Below are positions 30,201 to 47,700 of a stretch of DNA of 64,000 bases, one piece after another. The notes beneath the pieces were generated by a model. It did no database searches. It was not told the DNA's origin and worked only from the letters and a program-made list of their open reading frames with translations. Both the position numbers and the translations under genes were made by a program. The number at the start of each line of letters is the position of its first letter. Position 1 is the stretch's first letter. Source of the stretch: Eledone cirrhosa (Eukaryota); the NCBI GenBank assembly GCA_964016885.1, contig OZ024755.1:42470001-42534000 (forward strand), read 5' to 3'.

Positions 30201-33200
30201 TTACATATACATACATTGTATATATACATATATTACATATACATACATTGTATATATACATATATATATTACATATACATACATTGTATATATACATATA
30301 TATATTACATATACATACATTGTATATATACATATATATATTACATATACATACATTGTATATATGTATATATATATATTACATATACATACATTGTATA
30401 TATACATATATATATTACATATACATACATTGTATATATACATATATATATTACATATACATACATTGTATATATACATATATTACATATACATACATTG
30501 TATATATATATATTACATATACATACATTGTATATATACATATATATATTACATATACATACATTGTATATATACATATATATATTATATATACATACAT
30601 TGTATATATACATATATATATTACATATACATACATTGTATATATGTATATATGTATATATATATTACATATACATACATTGTATATATATATATATATA
30701 TTACATATACATACATTGTATATATACATATATATATTACATATACATACATTGTATATATACATATATATATTACATATACATACATTGTATATATGCA
30801 TATATATATTACATATACATACATTGTATATATACATTGTATGTATACATATATATATTACATATACATACATTGTATATATACATATATATATTACATA
30901 TACATACATTGTATATATACATTGTATATATACATATATATATTACATATACATACAATGTATATATACATATATATTACATATACATACATTGTATATA
31001 TACATATATATATTACATATACATACATTGTATATATACATATATATATTACACATACATACATTGTATATATACATATATATATTACATATACATACAT
31101 TGTATATATGTATATATATATTACATATACATACATTGTATATATGTATATATATATTACATATACATACATTGTATATATACATATATATATTACATAT
31201 ACATACATTGTATATATACATATTACATATACATACATTGTATATATACATATATATTACATATACATACATTGTATATATACATATATATATTACATAT
31301 ACATACATTGTATATATACATATATATATTACATATACATACATTGTATATATGTATATATATATTACATATACATACATTGTATATATACATATATATA
31401 TTACATATACATACATTGTATATATATATATATATATTACATATACATACATTGTATATATATATATATATATTACATATACATACATTGTATATATATA
31501 TATATATTACATATACATACATTGTATATATACATATATATATTACATATACATACATTGTATATATACATATATATATTACATATACATACATTGTATA
31601 TATACATATATATATTACATATACATACATTGTATATATATATATATATATATTACATATACATACATTGTATATATATATATATATATATTACATATAC
31701 ATACATTGTATATATGTATATATGTATATATATATTACATATACATACATTGTATATATATATATATATATTACATATACATACATTGTATATATACATA
31801 TATATATTACATATACATACATTGTATATATACATATATATATTACATATACATACATTGTATATATGCATATATATATTACATATACATACATTGTATA
31901 TATACATTGTATATATACATATATATATTACATATACATACATTGTATATATACATTGTATATATACATATATATATTACATATACATACATTGTATATA
32001 TACATATATATATTACATATACATACATTGTATATATACATTGTATATATACATATATATATTACATATACATACATTGTATATATACATATATATTACA
32101 TATACATACATTGTATATATACATATATATATTACATATACATACATTGTATATATACATATATATATTACACATACATACATTGTATATATACATATAT
32201 ATATTACATATACATACATTGTATATATACATATATATATTACATATACATACATTGTATATATGTATATATATATTACATATACATACATTGTATATAT
32301 ACATATATATATTACATATACATACATTGTATATATACATATATATATTACATATACATACATTGTATATATACATATTACATATACATACATTGTATAT
32401 ATACATATTACATATACATACATTGTATATATACATATATATATTACATATACATACATTGTATATATACATATTACATATACATACATTGTATATATAC
32501 ATATTACATATACATACATTGTATATATACATATATATATTACATATACATACATTGTATATATACATATATATATTACATATACATACATTGTATATAT
32601 GTATATATATATTACATATACATACATTGTATATATACATATATATATTACATATACATACATTGTAGATATACATATATATATTACATATACATACATT
32701 GTATATATACATATATATATTACATATACATACATTGTATATATATATATATATATATATATTACATATACATACATTGTATATATATATATATATATTA
32801 CATATACATACATTGTATATATATATATATTACATATACATACATTGTATATATATATATATATATATATTACATATACATACATTGTATATATACATAT
32901 ATATATTACATATACATACATTGTATATATACATATATATATTACATATACATACATTGTATATATATATATATATATATATTACATATACATACATTGT
33001 ATATATATATATATATATATTACATATACATACATTGTATATATATATATATATATTACATATACATACATTGTATACATATATATATATATTACATATA
33101 CATACATTGTATATATATATATATATATTACATATACATACATTGTATATATACATATATATTACATATACATACAGTGTATATATACATATATATATTA

Positions 33201-34677
33201 CATATACATACAGTGTATATATACATATATATATTACATATACATACATTGTATATATGTATATATATATTACATATACATACATTGTATATATGTATAT
33301 ATATATTACATATACATACATTGTATATATGTATATATATATTACATATACATACATTGTATATATGTATATATATATATTACATATACATACATTGTAT
33401 ATATGTATATATATATTACATATACATACATTGTATATATACATATATATATTACATATACATACATTGTATATATACATATATATATTACATATACATA
33501 CATTGTATATATACATATATATATTACATATACATACATTGTATATATACATATATATATTACATATACATACATTGTATATATACATATATATATTACA
33601 TATACATACATTGTATCATCATCATCATCATCATCAACGTTTAACGTCCGTGTTCCACGCTTGCATGGGTTTGGACGGGGGTAGTCCCACTTGAGGCAAG
33701 AGTGATTGTCTTGCTCGCATAGGACTGTCTGGCAGGTTTTCTACAGTTGGATGCCCTTCCTAACACCAACCACATTTACAGTGTGGGTCTGGGAGGTTTT
33801 TACCATGTTGCCTACACGGCCACATTACAGCGTGGACTGTGTGTTTTTTTGTCGTGACACCTACACGATCTCATTTGTTTCGGCCTCGATGGCGCGGCAC
33901 CAACATAACTTTACATAGAACGGGGTGGTGTGGATCGGGTGGGGGTGGTGGTGGTGGGACGGGGTGTATTTTGTTAGAGATGCCTACTGGCTGGAGTAGG
34001 TTTTACTATATATTTAGGTAAGGCGGGTCTTCTCTGTTACTGAGTACCGCCAAAGGTCTCGGTCCAGTGACATTGTCTTGGAGAGGTGTAAGTGTGTGAT
34101 GTCGGAGTTTATCAGCTCGTCCCAGGTTTTTCTAGGTCTGCCTATTCCGTGACTACCGTCTATCTTTATTTCCCTGCACTTTGTTATACAGCTATCGACT
34201 TTCATGCGCATCACATGTCCATACCAACGTAGCCTTCTCTCGAGTAAACAACATCTGATCCCTCTTATCTCTAACTTTTTCCTTAGTTCGTTTATGCTTT
34301 GCCGTTCACGTATATTACTGTTACACATCCAGCGGAGCATGCAAGCTTCGTTCCTCTCTAGTCTGCGTATATCCTCTGCACACAATGCCCAGGTCTCACT
34401 GCCATGCAGCATTGCTGTTCGTATGCAGGCATCGTACAACCTGCCTTTCATTTTTAGTGAGAACCCTTTAGCAGCTAATAGTGGTATAAGCTCTCTGAAC
34501 TTTTTCCAACCAGTTCTGACTCTAGCTACAGTACTTTCAGAGCACCCTCCCCCACTGCTGATTTTATCGCCCAGGTAACGGAAGCTGTCCACTATTTCTA
34601 TAGAACCCTCTGCGCAATTGAAAGAGCTAGTATTTTGTGGGCACTTGCTGCTACTTATATGTTACATATACATACGT

Positions 34678-34710
<33 letters not shown>

Positions 34711-37700
34711 CATATACGTACATTGTATATATATATATATATATATTACATATACATACATTGTATATATATATATATATAATACATATACATACATTGT
34801 ATATATACATATATATTACATATACATACATTATATATATACATATATATATTACATATACATACATTGTATATATACATATATATATTACATATACATA
34901 CATTGTATATATACATATATATATTACATATACATACATTGTATATATATATATATATATATTACATATACATACATTGTATATATATATATATATATTA
35001 CATATACATACATTGTATATATACATATATATTACATATACATACATTGTATATATATATATATATATATTACATATACATACATTGTATATATATATAT
35101 ATATATATATTACATATACATACATTGTATATATATATATATATATTACATATACATACATTGTATATATATATATATATTACATATACATACATTGTAT
35201 ATATATATATATATATTACATATACATACATTGTATATATATATATATATATTACATATACATACATTGTATATATACATATATATTACATATACATACA
35301 TTGTATATATACATATATATTACATATACATACATTGTATATATACATATATATATTACATATACATACATTGTATATATGTATATATGTATTACATATA
35401 CATACATTGTATATATGTATATATATATTACATATACATACATTGTATATATGTATATATATATTACATATACATACATTGTATATATGTATATATATAT
35501 ATTACATATACATACATTGTATATATGTATATATATATTACATATACATACATTGTATATATACATATATATATTACATATACATACATTGTATATATAC
35601 ATATATATATTACATATACATACATTGTATATATATATATATATATATATTACATATACATACATTGTATATATATATATATATATTACATATACATACA
35701 TTGTATATATATATATATATATTACATATACATACATTGTATATATATATATATATATTACATATACATACATTGTATATATACATATATATTACATATA
35801 CATACATTATATATATACATATATATATTACATATACATACATTGTATATATACATATATATATTACATATACATACATTGTATATATATATATATATAT
35901 TACATATACATACATTGTATATATATATATATATATTACATATACATACATTGTATATACACATATATATTACATATACATACATTGTATATATATATAT
36001 ATATATATATATTACATATACATACATTGTATATATATATATATATATTACATATACATACATTGTATATATGTATATATATATTACATATACATACATT
36101 ATATATATATATATATATTACATATACATACATTGTATATATATATATATATATATATTACATATACATACATTGTATATATATATATTACATATACATA
36201 CATTGTATATATATATATATATATTACATATACATACATTGTATATATGTATATATATATTACATATACATACATTGTATATATGTATATATATATTACA
36301 TATACATACATTGTATATATACATATATATATTACATATACATACATTGTATATATATATATATATTACATATACATACATTGTATATATGTATATATAT
36401 ATTACATATACATACATTGTATATATATATATATATATTACATATACATACATTGTATATATGTATATATTACATATACATACATTGTATATATACATAT
36501 ATATATTACATATACATACATTGTATATATATATATATATATTACATATACATACATTGTATATATACATATATATATTACATATACATACATTGTATAT
36601 ATATATATATATATTACATATACATACATTGTATATATGTATATATATATTACATATACATACATTGTATATATATATATATTACATATACATACATTGT
36701 ATATATGTATATATATATTACATATACATACATTGTATATATGTATATATATATTACATATACATACATTATATATATATATATTACATATACATACATT
36801 GTATATATATATATATATATTACATATACATACATTGTATATATATATATATATATTACATATACATACATTGTATATATATATATATATATTACATATA
36901 CATACATTGTATATATATATATATATATTACATATACATACATTATATATATATATATATATATTACATATACATACATTGTATATATACATATATATAT
37001 TACATATACATACATTGTATATATACATATATATATATTACATATACATACATTGTATATATATATATATATATTACATATACATACATTGTATATATAC
37101 ATATATATTACAAATACATACATTGTATATATACATATATATTATATATACATACATTGTATATATGCATATATATATTACATATACATACATTGTATAT
37201 ATATATATATATATTACATATACATACATTGTATATATATATATATATTACATATACATACATTGTATATATACATATATATATTACATATACATACATT
37301 GTATATATACATATATATATTACATATACATACATTGTATATATACATATATATATTACATATACATACATTGTATATATACATATATATATTACATATA
37401 CATACATTGTATATATACATATATATATTACATATACATACATTGTATATATGTATATATATATATTACATATACATACATTGTATATATACATATATAT
37501 ATTACATATACATACATTGTATATATACATATATATATTACATATACATACATTGTATATATACATATATTACATATACATACATTGTATATATATATAT
37601 TACATATACATACATTGTATATATACATATATATATTACATATACATACATTGTATATATACATATATATATTACATATACATACATTGTATATATACAT

Positions 37701-38673
37701 ATATATATTACATATACATACATTGTATATATGTATATATGTATATATATCATACATATACATACATTGTATATATATATATATATATATTACATATACA
37801 TACATTGTATATATACATATATATATTACATATACATACATTGTATATATACATATATATATTACATATACATACATTGTATATATGCATATATATATTA
37901 CATATACATACATTGTATATATACATTGTATATATACATATATATATTACATATACATACAATGTATATATACATATATATTACATATACATACATTGTA
38001 TATATACATATATATATTACATATACATACATTGTATATATACATATATATATTACACATACATACATTGTATATATACATATATATATTACATATACAT
38101 ACATTGTATATATGTATATATATATTACATATACATACATTGTATATATGTATATATATATTACATATACATACATTGTATATATACATATATATATTAC
38201 ATATACATACATTGTATATATACATATATATATTACATATACATACATTGTATATATACATATTACATATACATACATTGTATATATACATATATATTAC
38301 ATATACATACATTGTATATATACATATATATATTACATATACATACATTGTATATATACATATATATATTACATATACATACATTGTATATATGTATATA
38401 TATATTACATATACATACATTGTATATATACATATATATATTACATATACATACATTGTATATATATATATATATATTACATATACATACATTGTATATA
38501 TATATATATATATATATTACATATACATACATTGTATATATATATATATATATTACATATACATACATTGTATATATATATATATATATTACATATACAT
38601 ACATTGTATATATACATATATATATTACATATACATACATTGTATATATACATATATATATTACATATACATA

Positions 38674-38709
<36 letters not shown>

Positions 38710-41700
38710 CATATACATACATTGTATATATATATATATATATATTACATATACATACATTGTATATATATATATATATATTACATATACATACATTGTA
38801 TATATATATATATATATTACATATACATACATTGTATATATATATATATATATTACATATACATACATTGTATATATACATATATATATTACATATACAT
38901 ACATTGTATATATACATATATATATTACATATACATACATTGTATATATACATATATATATTACATATACATACATTGTATATATGTATATATGTATATA
39001 TATATTACATATACATACATTGTATATATATATATATATTACATATACATACATTGTATATATACATATATATATTACATATACATACATTGTATATATG
39101 CATATATATATTACATATACATACATTGTATATATACATTGTATATATACATATATATATTACATATACATACATTGTATATATACATATATATATTACA
39201 TATACATACATTGTATATATACATATATATATTACATATACATACATTGTATATATACATTGTATATATACATATATATATTACATATACATACATTGTA
39301 TATATACATATATATTACATATACATACATTGTATATATACATATATATTACATATACATACATTGTATATATACATATATATATTACATATACATACAT
39401 TGTATATATACATATATATATTACACATACATACATTGTATATATACATATATATATTACATATACATACATTGTATATATACATATATATATTACATAT
39501 ACATACATTGTATATATGTATATATATATTACATATACATACATTGTATATATACATATATATATTACATATACATACATTGTATATATACATATATATA
39601 TTACATATACATACATTGTATATATACATATATATATTACATATACATACATTGTATATATACATATTACATATACATACATTGTGTATATACATATTAC
39701 ATATACATACATTGTATATATACATATATATATTACATATACATACATTGTATATATACATATATATATTACATATACATACATTGTATATATGTATATA
39801 TATATTACATATACATACATTGTATATATACATATATATATTACATATACATACATTGTAGATATACAGTGTGGACTGGGTACTTTTTGCTGTGATGCCT
39901 ACATGACCACTTTACAGTGTGGACTGGGTACTTTTTGCTGTGACACCTACATGACCACTTTACAGTGTGGACTGGAGACTTCACTGGATGTATACTTCAG
40001 CTTGTCCCCATGGAAGATGTATGGGAGAGAGTGGGGTGGGGCATACTGTTTATATGCTTCATTCCTTTCCAATCTTTGCATGTCTTCTGCACACAGTGCT
40101 CAGGTCTCACTACCATGCAACATTGCTGCTCATATACACAAATCATACAGTCTGCCTTTCGTTCTGAGGGAAAAATCCTCTTGTAGCTAGCAGTGGTAAT
40201 AGTTCCCTGAACTTCTTCCATCCCGTTCTTACCCTGGTTACTGTACTTTCATAACACCCACGTGTGTGCGTGCGTGCCATGCCGTGCCGTGCCGTGCCGC
40301 TGTGTGCGTGTGCGTGTGCGTGTGTGTGTGAACTCAAGAAATAGATCAGTATTATACATACATTGAGAATAATGTAGGAATCACCATTGTAAAATGAACC
40401 GTATTCTTCTTTGGACCAACTAGTAACTTCAAATTTCTGAAATAAGAATAAAATATATTATACAACAATAAACAATCAAAAATTAAACATTGCATCATAG
40501 TTTTTACACCGACTTTTCCATTTTGGCATGGGTTGGAGGAAATGTTTTGAGGCAGTATTCCCCAGGTGGATATGCCTAATGGACGCTAACCTTTACTTGC
40601 ATTTAGTAAGGCACCAGAGTATCCACAAGCCAAACCACTGAGCTACGGGATATCTGGTTGGTTGGCCAAACATTGTCATTTGTTGGTCAAACATTCACTG
40701 GTTGGCCAGTGACAATGTTTGACCAATGTCAATATGAAGACAGAGACAATCACTGCCAACAAAAGGTGGAGGTGAAAATATCTTTGGGGGAGCACTCTGC
40801 ATGACGTTTATACATACTTACAGAACCACAGTCTCAATATTCTGGGTGACTAAGAAACTTCTATCAACAGATACTATGCTTGCAATTTTATGACTGAAAT
40901 TCCTTTTAGGGATGTTCAAATAATGAGAAAAAACAAGGGAGAAAACTCCTACAGTCAGAGCTGGTCCAAATCTTTTGAAACAATTTAAGATAATGCAGTG
41001 GAAGTGGATCTTGTTTATAAGCCAACTTGGTGAAAGCAACAGACATGTTTCAATCTTATTCAATTTCCTCAATGAATGATATTCACTCAGCAGATTGGTA
41101 AGACCAAAGTCATACAATCCTAATGTGTCTATTACCTATTTTAACTCTGAAGACTTTTCATTGTACAAATAGTATTTAACTCTTGATACAAACCTGCCCA
41201 AAACCACCCTTGATTCTATGATATAAAACGTTTTATTTTTTAAAGTGTCTATATTTAAATTAAAACCTATTATAGTTTTATGTAAGAACCTTTTATTAAC
41301 TTTTTGATACCAAATCACTTGGAACCCCCTGGTTCTATGATGAAACAGCATTTGTTCTAAAGTAGTCATAATACTATAAAGTGGTCATCATGATATAAAT
41401 GTGCTATCATAAATTTACAGAAGTAAAATTTTATGTTCCAAAAACCAACAACGACAAACATTTTACTAAATCCCTCCAAATTCTTCATTATTTTCTAAAT
41501 TAATTGAAACATACAGAAAAAAAAAATGCACGCAATCCACCTTGTAAGTGGTTGTACTGGTGACATGACAAGAAACATCCAGTCCACCCCATAAGGTGGT
41601 TGTACAAGTGACATGGCAAGAAGAATCCAGTCCACCCTGTAAGGTGCTCATGCTGGTGAAAGACAAAGTGCCCAGTCCACCTAGTAAGGTAGTAGTGCTG

Positions 41701-44700
41701 GTGGCATGACAAAAAGCCCTCAGTCCACCCTGTAAGGTATTAGTGCTGGTGACATGACAAACAGTGCTCAGTCCACACTAATGTGCTTGGTGTTTGGAAG
41801 GGCATCAAGCTGTAGAAACCAAGCCAAAATACAGATCCGTTATGAGCAATACATGGTCTCCTGACCTGAATTGTCTTGTAACATAACAACCAATCTAACC
41901 TGGACATTAAACGATGATGAATGACACAGGTAATATATTTTATTAGGAATATGGTCACAAAAGGTTTAATAATCATTCAAAACACCAACTCAAAAATAAA
42001 AATGTTAGTCATTTTACAAAATTCTTCCAAATTCTTCATTATTTTCAAAATTAACTGAAATCTATTAACAGTGTCTTTATTCTGTTAGAAATATAATCAT
42101 GAACAGGTTAAATTAAAGATGTATAATAAGAAGTGCACTAGTAGCTGAAGTATATTATAAAGTTATATCTGTATAAATACAGACTGTGTAACTGAGACTG
42201 CAACAATGTGTATATAAATATACACATTTTTAATATATAGACATGTAAATATGCCAGAAAATATAAATTTCCCTGTAAATTGAAATAATGATCAACACCT
42301 TTAATAGGTTTTAATTGGGCCCTCACTGGAAGATACGTATATCAGCCAATGAAGAACAAGGAAGTATAAATTAAAGAAAACCTTACCACAATTCTCCAGA
42401 TTTGGAGACCAACTTCAGCACCAGCTCCTTCCCATGCAGGTTCTGTCATTGCAGATTCCTCTGAAGAACAACAAAATAATAGTGGAGAAGCTACTTGAGA
42501 GTTCATGTAATTGAAATATTTAATGGTTGTATGTTTACTATGTTTATTTCAGAAACATATGGGTTGGAACTCAGCCCCACTGCGTAGTAACTTGGCTGTC
42601 TTCTACTATAGCTTAAAATCATTTACTCAATTAATATCTACTTCACTATTTTGATACCAAACCTTCTGAAACTGCCCTTGATACAATACAAAACTGTTTA
42701 TTTTGTCGCGTAGGGACATGGTAAAAAGGCTCCCAGTCCACACTGTAAATGTAGTTGGTGTTAGGAAGGGCATCCAGCCGTAGAAAACCTGCCAGATAAG
42801 ATACAGTCCTATATGAGCGAGACATGGTCTCCCGGTCAATCTTGCCTCAAGTAGGACAATTCCTGTCTAACCCATGCTAGCGTGAAAGATAGACGTTAAA
42901 CGATGATGATAATGATGATGTTTATCATCATCATCATCATCACCATTTTACGTCCATTCTTCCACGCTAGCATGGGTTATATGAGTTGTCCTGTTGTGGG
43001 CAATGCCAGGTCAGGTGACCATGTCTTGCTCATACAGAAATGATTTTGGTTTGGTTTCTACAGCTGGATGTTCTTCCTAACACCAACCTCATTTACAGTG
43101 AGTACTGGGTGCCTTTTACCATGGCGCCTACACAACCACTTTACAGTGGGAGGGGGTGGGGGCATATTGTCTATATGCTGCAACCCTCATGAAAATCATA
43201 ACAACTTTATGTAAGAATCTTTCTTAAGTTGTATTCCAATCAGCAGCTTCATAATGAGAAAGCTTCATAATGAGAAAGCTTCATAATGAGAAAGCTAGTT
43301 ATATTACTAAATACCTGCAATTTTTTGATTATTTTCAATTTTTTGTCTTTTATTAGAAAAAATGGTAAGAAAGGAGTTAATATATAGAAACATGGCCATG
43401 TTGTTAAAAATTGTGTGGTTCAAGCCATTGTATGACATCTCAGGCAAGATATTTTCATCATAGCCTTGGTTCAATCAAAAACTTGAATATAATTTGGAAG
43501 GGATTTAATCCTTGAGTTCCTTGAGCAGAGTTCACTTGGTTACAAACTTTCTGACCAAACCTCTTGTCTAAGGATAATTTCCTTCCTTCCACCAGTCACA
43601 GAAGCCCGGAAATAAAGGATCACACATGCTACTATTCTTTCTCTAAGACAAAAAAAATCAACATATCCCACCCCTTTGATACCAAACCATCTGAAATTTC
43701 TCTTGGTTCTATGATATAAAACCATTTAAAGTATTTATATTTATCTACAAGCCTCCCATCATAATTTTATAAATAATAATGAAATTATTGTGTACAGTGC
43801 TCAGGTGCACTACAACTCATCAAAGGTGCATCTATAGTACATAGAATAATGTACAAATGTCAAGAAAGTAAACAGTGTATGAGTCATGATATACACACAG
43901 ATACATGCGTGCGTGTGTTTGAGGGGGAATATCAGGTGTAGTGTTGGTAGTTTTAAGAAGCATGGAGATTTTAAAGGATGCAGTGTCTCAACAACTAACA
44001 ACTGATGCAGGTAGTTGGTTCCATGCTTCAGCAACTCAGTGTGTGAAAAAATGTTTCCGAAAGTCATGGGAGCTGTGCTCTTTCCTGACTTTGTAGGCAT
44101 GGCCACATGTGTTAGACACATGGAATTCAAAAAGGTGCTCAGGGTTGTTGTTGGCAAGATGGTAAATAATTTTATCGGTGTCTACCATGTCAGTTGCCAG
44201 ACATCAGAGCTTCAATGCATCTATGCCCAGGGAAGCAAGGCGTTCAGAGTATGGTAGATGCCTGATGGAGGGTATTCACTTGGTTGCACATCTCTGAACA
44301 GTTTCCAGAAGGTCAATATTCTGAGCAAGCTAGGGGTTCCAGACTGGTTATGCAAATTTTACGTGGCTGCACCTTAGCTATCATCATCATCATCATCATC
44401 ACCGTTTTACGTCCGTTCTTCCACGCTAGCATGGGTTAGACGGGTTGTCCTGTTGTGGGCAGTGTCTGGTCAGCTGACCATGCCTTGCTCATACAGGAAC
44501 TGATCTGGCTTGATTTCTACAGCTGGATGCCCTTCCTAACACCAACCTCATTTACAGTGAGTGCTGGGTGCTTTTTCGTGGCGCCTACACGTCCACTTTA
44601 CAGTGTGGGCTGGGTGCTTTTTTGCCGTGGCACCTCCACGACCACCTTGCGGTGGGGGGTGGGGGGGGGGGGACATATTGTCTATATGCTTCAGCTTGTA

Positions 44701-47700
44701 CCCATGGGAGGTCGGCTACTCTGTATTACTGCGTGACGCCAGAGGTCACGGTCGTGTGTCATCGCCTTTGAGAGGTGTAGTTGGGTAAGGTCGGCTTTTA
44801 TCACCTCATCCCAAGTCATCTTGGGTCTCCCCACTCCGCGGTTTCCATCGACTTCTAGTGCTCTGCACCTTTTTATGCAGCTGTCATCCTTCATACGCAT
44901 CACATGTCCATACCAGCGCAACCACCTCTCCTGCACACAGCATTTGATTCCTCTTATGCTCAGTCTCTCTCTCAATTCATTTATGCTTTGTCGTTCGTGT
45001 ATATTACTGTTACACATCCATCGGAACATGCAGGCTTCGTTTCTCTCTAATCTACGCAAGTCTTCCACCTTCAGCGCCCAGGTCTCACTACCATGCAACA
45101 TCGCTGTTCGGATAGACGCATCATACAGTCTGCCTTTCATTTTGAGGGAGAAGCCTTTTGCAGCTAGCAGTGGTAGTAGTTCCCTAAACTTCTTCCATCC
45201 TGTTCTTACCCTAGTTATTGTACTTTCTGAACACCCACCTCCGCTGCTAATTCAGTCACCTAGGTAGCAGAAGCTGTCTACTGTTTCTACAGAGCCCTCC
45301 CAGAGATTGGTGGTACTTGTTTCCTGTGGCTGTTTGCTGCTTGCTGTCCCAGCACAGCTGCTGCATGTGAAGCCTACATTCTTAATTAAGCTTCCTGAGA
45401 TCCAACTACATCTCTTGTGTACCCATTGTTTGCATTTGGGGCAGAGAATGGAGTTCCTACCTACACCTTTCCTACATACTGAGCAAGTCCATTTCCCTCT
45501 GGGGATCTGGGTTCTGTTTTCTCGTCTACTTACAAGGACCTTAGTCTTTGTCATGTTGACTTTGAGACCCTTTCTTTCTAGTCCCTGCTTCCAAGTTTGG
45601 AATTTCTTCTCTAGTTCTACCATAGATTCAGCTATAAGTGCGAGGTCATCAGCATACAGGAGTTCCCATGAGCATCCAGTCTTAAACTCCTCCGTTATTG
45701 CCTGCAGCACTATGATGAACAGGAGAGGCTAAGAACAGAGCCCTGGTGGACACCAACCTGTACACTAAATTCCTCGCTATACTCATTGCTAATCCTAACT
45801 TTGCTGACTGCTCCCCTATACATGGCTTGTACCACTTTCACAAGCCATTCATCTACTCCTAGTTTTCTAAGAGCCCACCAGATTACAGCACGTGGAACTC
45901 TGTCAAAGGCTTTCTCAAGGTCGACAAATGCCAGGTAGAGTGGCTTACTTTTAGCTAGGTACTTTTCCTGTAACTGCCTGACAAGGAAGAGGGCATCAGT
46001 GGTGCCTCTTCCTGGTACAAACCCAAATTGCATCTCGTCTAGTTTTACCCGGTCCCTAATCAACTGTGCTATAACTCTTTCTGTTACTTTCATGACCTGG
46101 TCCATCAGCTTTATACCTCTATAGTTTCCTCTATCTAGTGCATCACCTTTACCTTTGTAGCAGTTGACAATGATGCTACTATACCAATCTTTTGGTATGA
46201 CACCTTCTAGTATTACCTGGTTAACAATACGTGTGGTTATAGTGTGACCTACAGACCCAGATGCCTTCAGCATCTCGGCAGCTATACCCGATGGACCGGT
46301 TGCCTTCCCCATCTTCATATCTTTGATTGCCTTACTTACTACGTTGCTGCTGACTTGTACTGCTGGCCCCTCTATAGGGTCTACTTGGGGTAGGGTCTCT
46401 TCTTCCCATGCATTCTCCTCATTTAGTAATCTATCATAATGACTCTTCAATGCATCTTTCTTCTCAGCACTTGTGAGGGCAAGCTCACCTTTATCATTCC
46501 AGATACACTTCTCTCCAATGACATCACAATTCTCTCTGACACACTGCCTCGCAATCTTGAACACCTCCTGTTTCTGGTCCTCACGTTGTAAAACATGCTT
46601 GAATTTTCTATCCTCTGCTTCCCTCCTAGCTAAGTATACTTGTCACCTAGCTTCCCTCTTAGTCTCTATGTAATGTACCCTGCTCCCCCCGTTCTTCCAT
46701 TTTTTCCATGCCTGTCTCTTGGCCTTAACTGCCTCATCTACCTTATTGTTCCACCACCAAGTCACTCTCCTCCTGCTTGAGGTCTTACTCCAGCCACAGA
46801 CCTCATCCGTCACCTCTAGTAAGTTATTTTTTAGGAACTCCCAGTTCTCTTCTACATTGAATGTCTCTATCTGTTCTTCTTTACTGTCATAGGCGTTGAG
46901 TAAAATATTTTTAAATCTGTTACTGGTTGAGGGGTCTTTCAGCTTCCAGATCTTTCTTCTCCAGGTTGGCCCCTGTTTCCAGGTTCGACTAGTTCTGACC
47001 GTGAGGTCGCTGACAACTAAGTTATGTTGGGATGTACATTCCTCACTAGGGAAGGCTTTTGTGTTTACGACCGTTCATCTGTCACATCCTCTGATGAGGA
47101 TAAAATCTATCTGACTAGAGTGCTCCCCTGATCTATAGGTGATCAGGTGGTTGTCGGGTTTTTTAAAGTTTGTGTTGCATATCGACATGTCATTGGCATC
47201 GCAGAATTCTAGAAGTCTGAATCCTTCCTCATTTCTTGTGCGAACCCCATAGCCTCCATGTACTCTATTGAAGCCATAACAGTGTTTACCTACGTGTCCG
47301 TTAAAATCTCCTGCGATGATTAGGAAGTCATTGTCGTCTGTTAGAGCGGTAGTGTGCATTAGGGACTCGTAAAACCTATCCTTAAGTTCGTCTGGCAACC
47401 CCGATTGGGGTGCGTAAGCTGATATTATTGTGGTAATTGTTTTATTCAGGACTAGTCTGAGTTTAATGATTCTTGTATTTAACCTGTACACTGAGATTAC
47501 TTTATCTACCCACTTGTCAGCTAGTAGTATACCTACACCACCCATCCCATCGTCATTTCCCACCCAGAAAAATTTGTAGCACCGACTTTTTCCTACAAGG
47601 ACTCTAGCAGACTCTCCTCTCCATCTAGTCTCTTGCACACAGCATACATCAATTTCCTTTCGCTCTAGCATTTCTACGATTTCTCCTGCTCTTCCTTTCA

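Larger units (their letters stand above)
20290..39866. repeat. Large TA-rich satellite, unit ~24-36 bp: TTACATATACATACATTG + variable (TA)n with CA/GT variants
   Basis: Direct inspection; fills most of the 20.5-kb intron 19878-40361 and is interrupted by RTE fragments. Confidence 0.97.

Noticed and set aside
20527-40190. Very long Y/I/H/T-rich ORFs (up to 3091 aa)
   Set aside because: They are translations of a TA-rich satellite that almost lacks stop codons on the + strand; all three frames are open and low-complexity.
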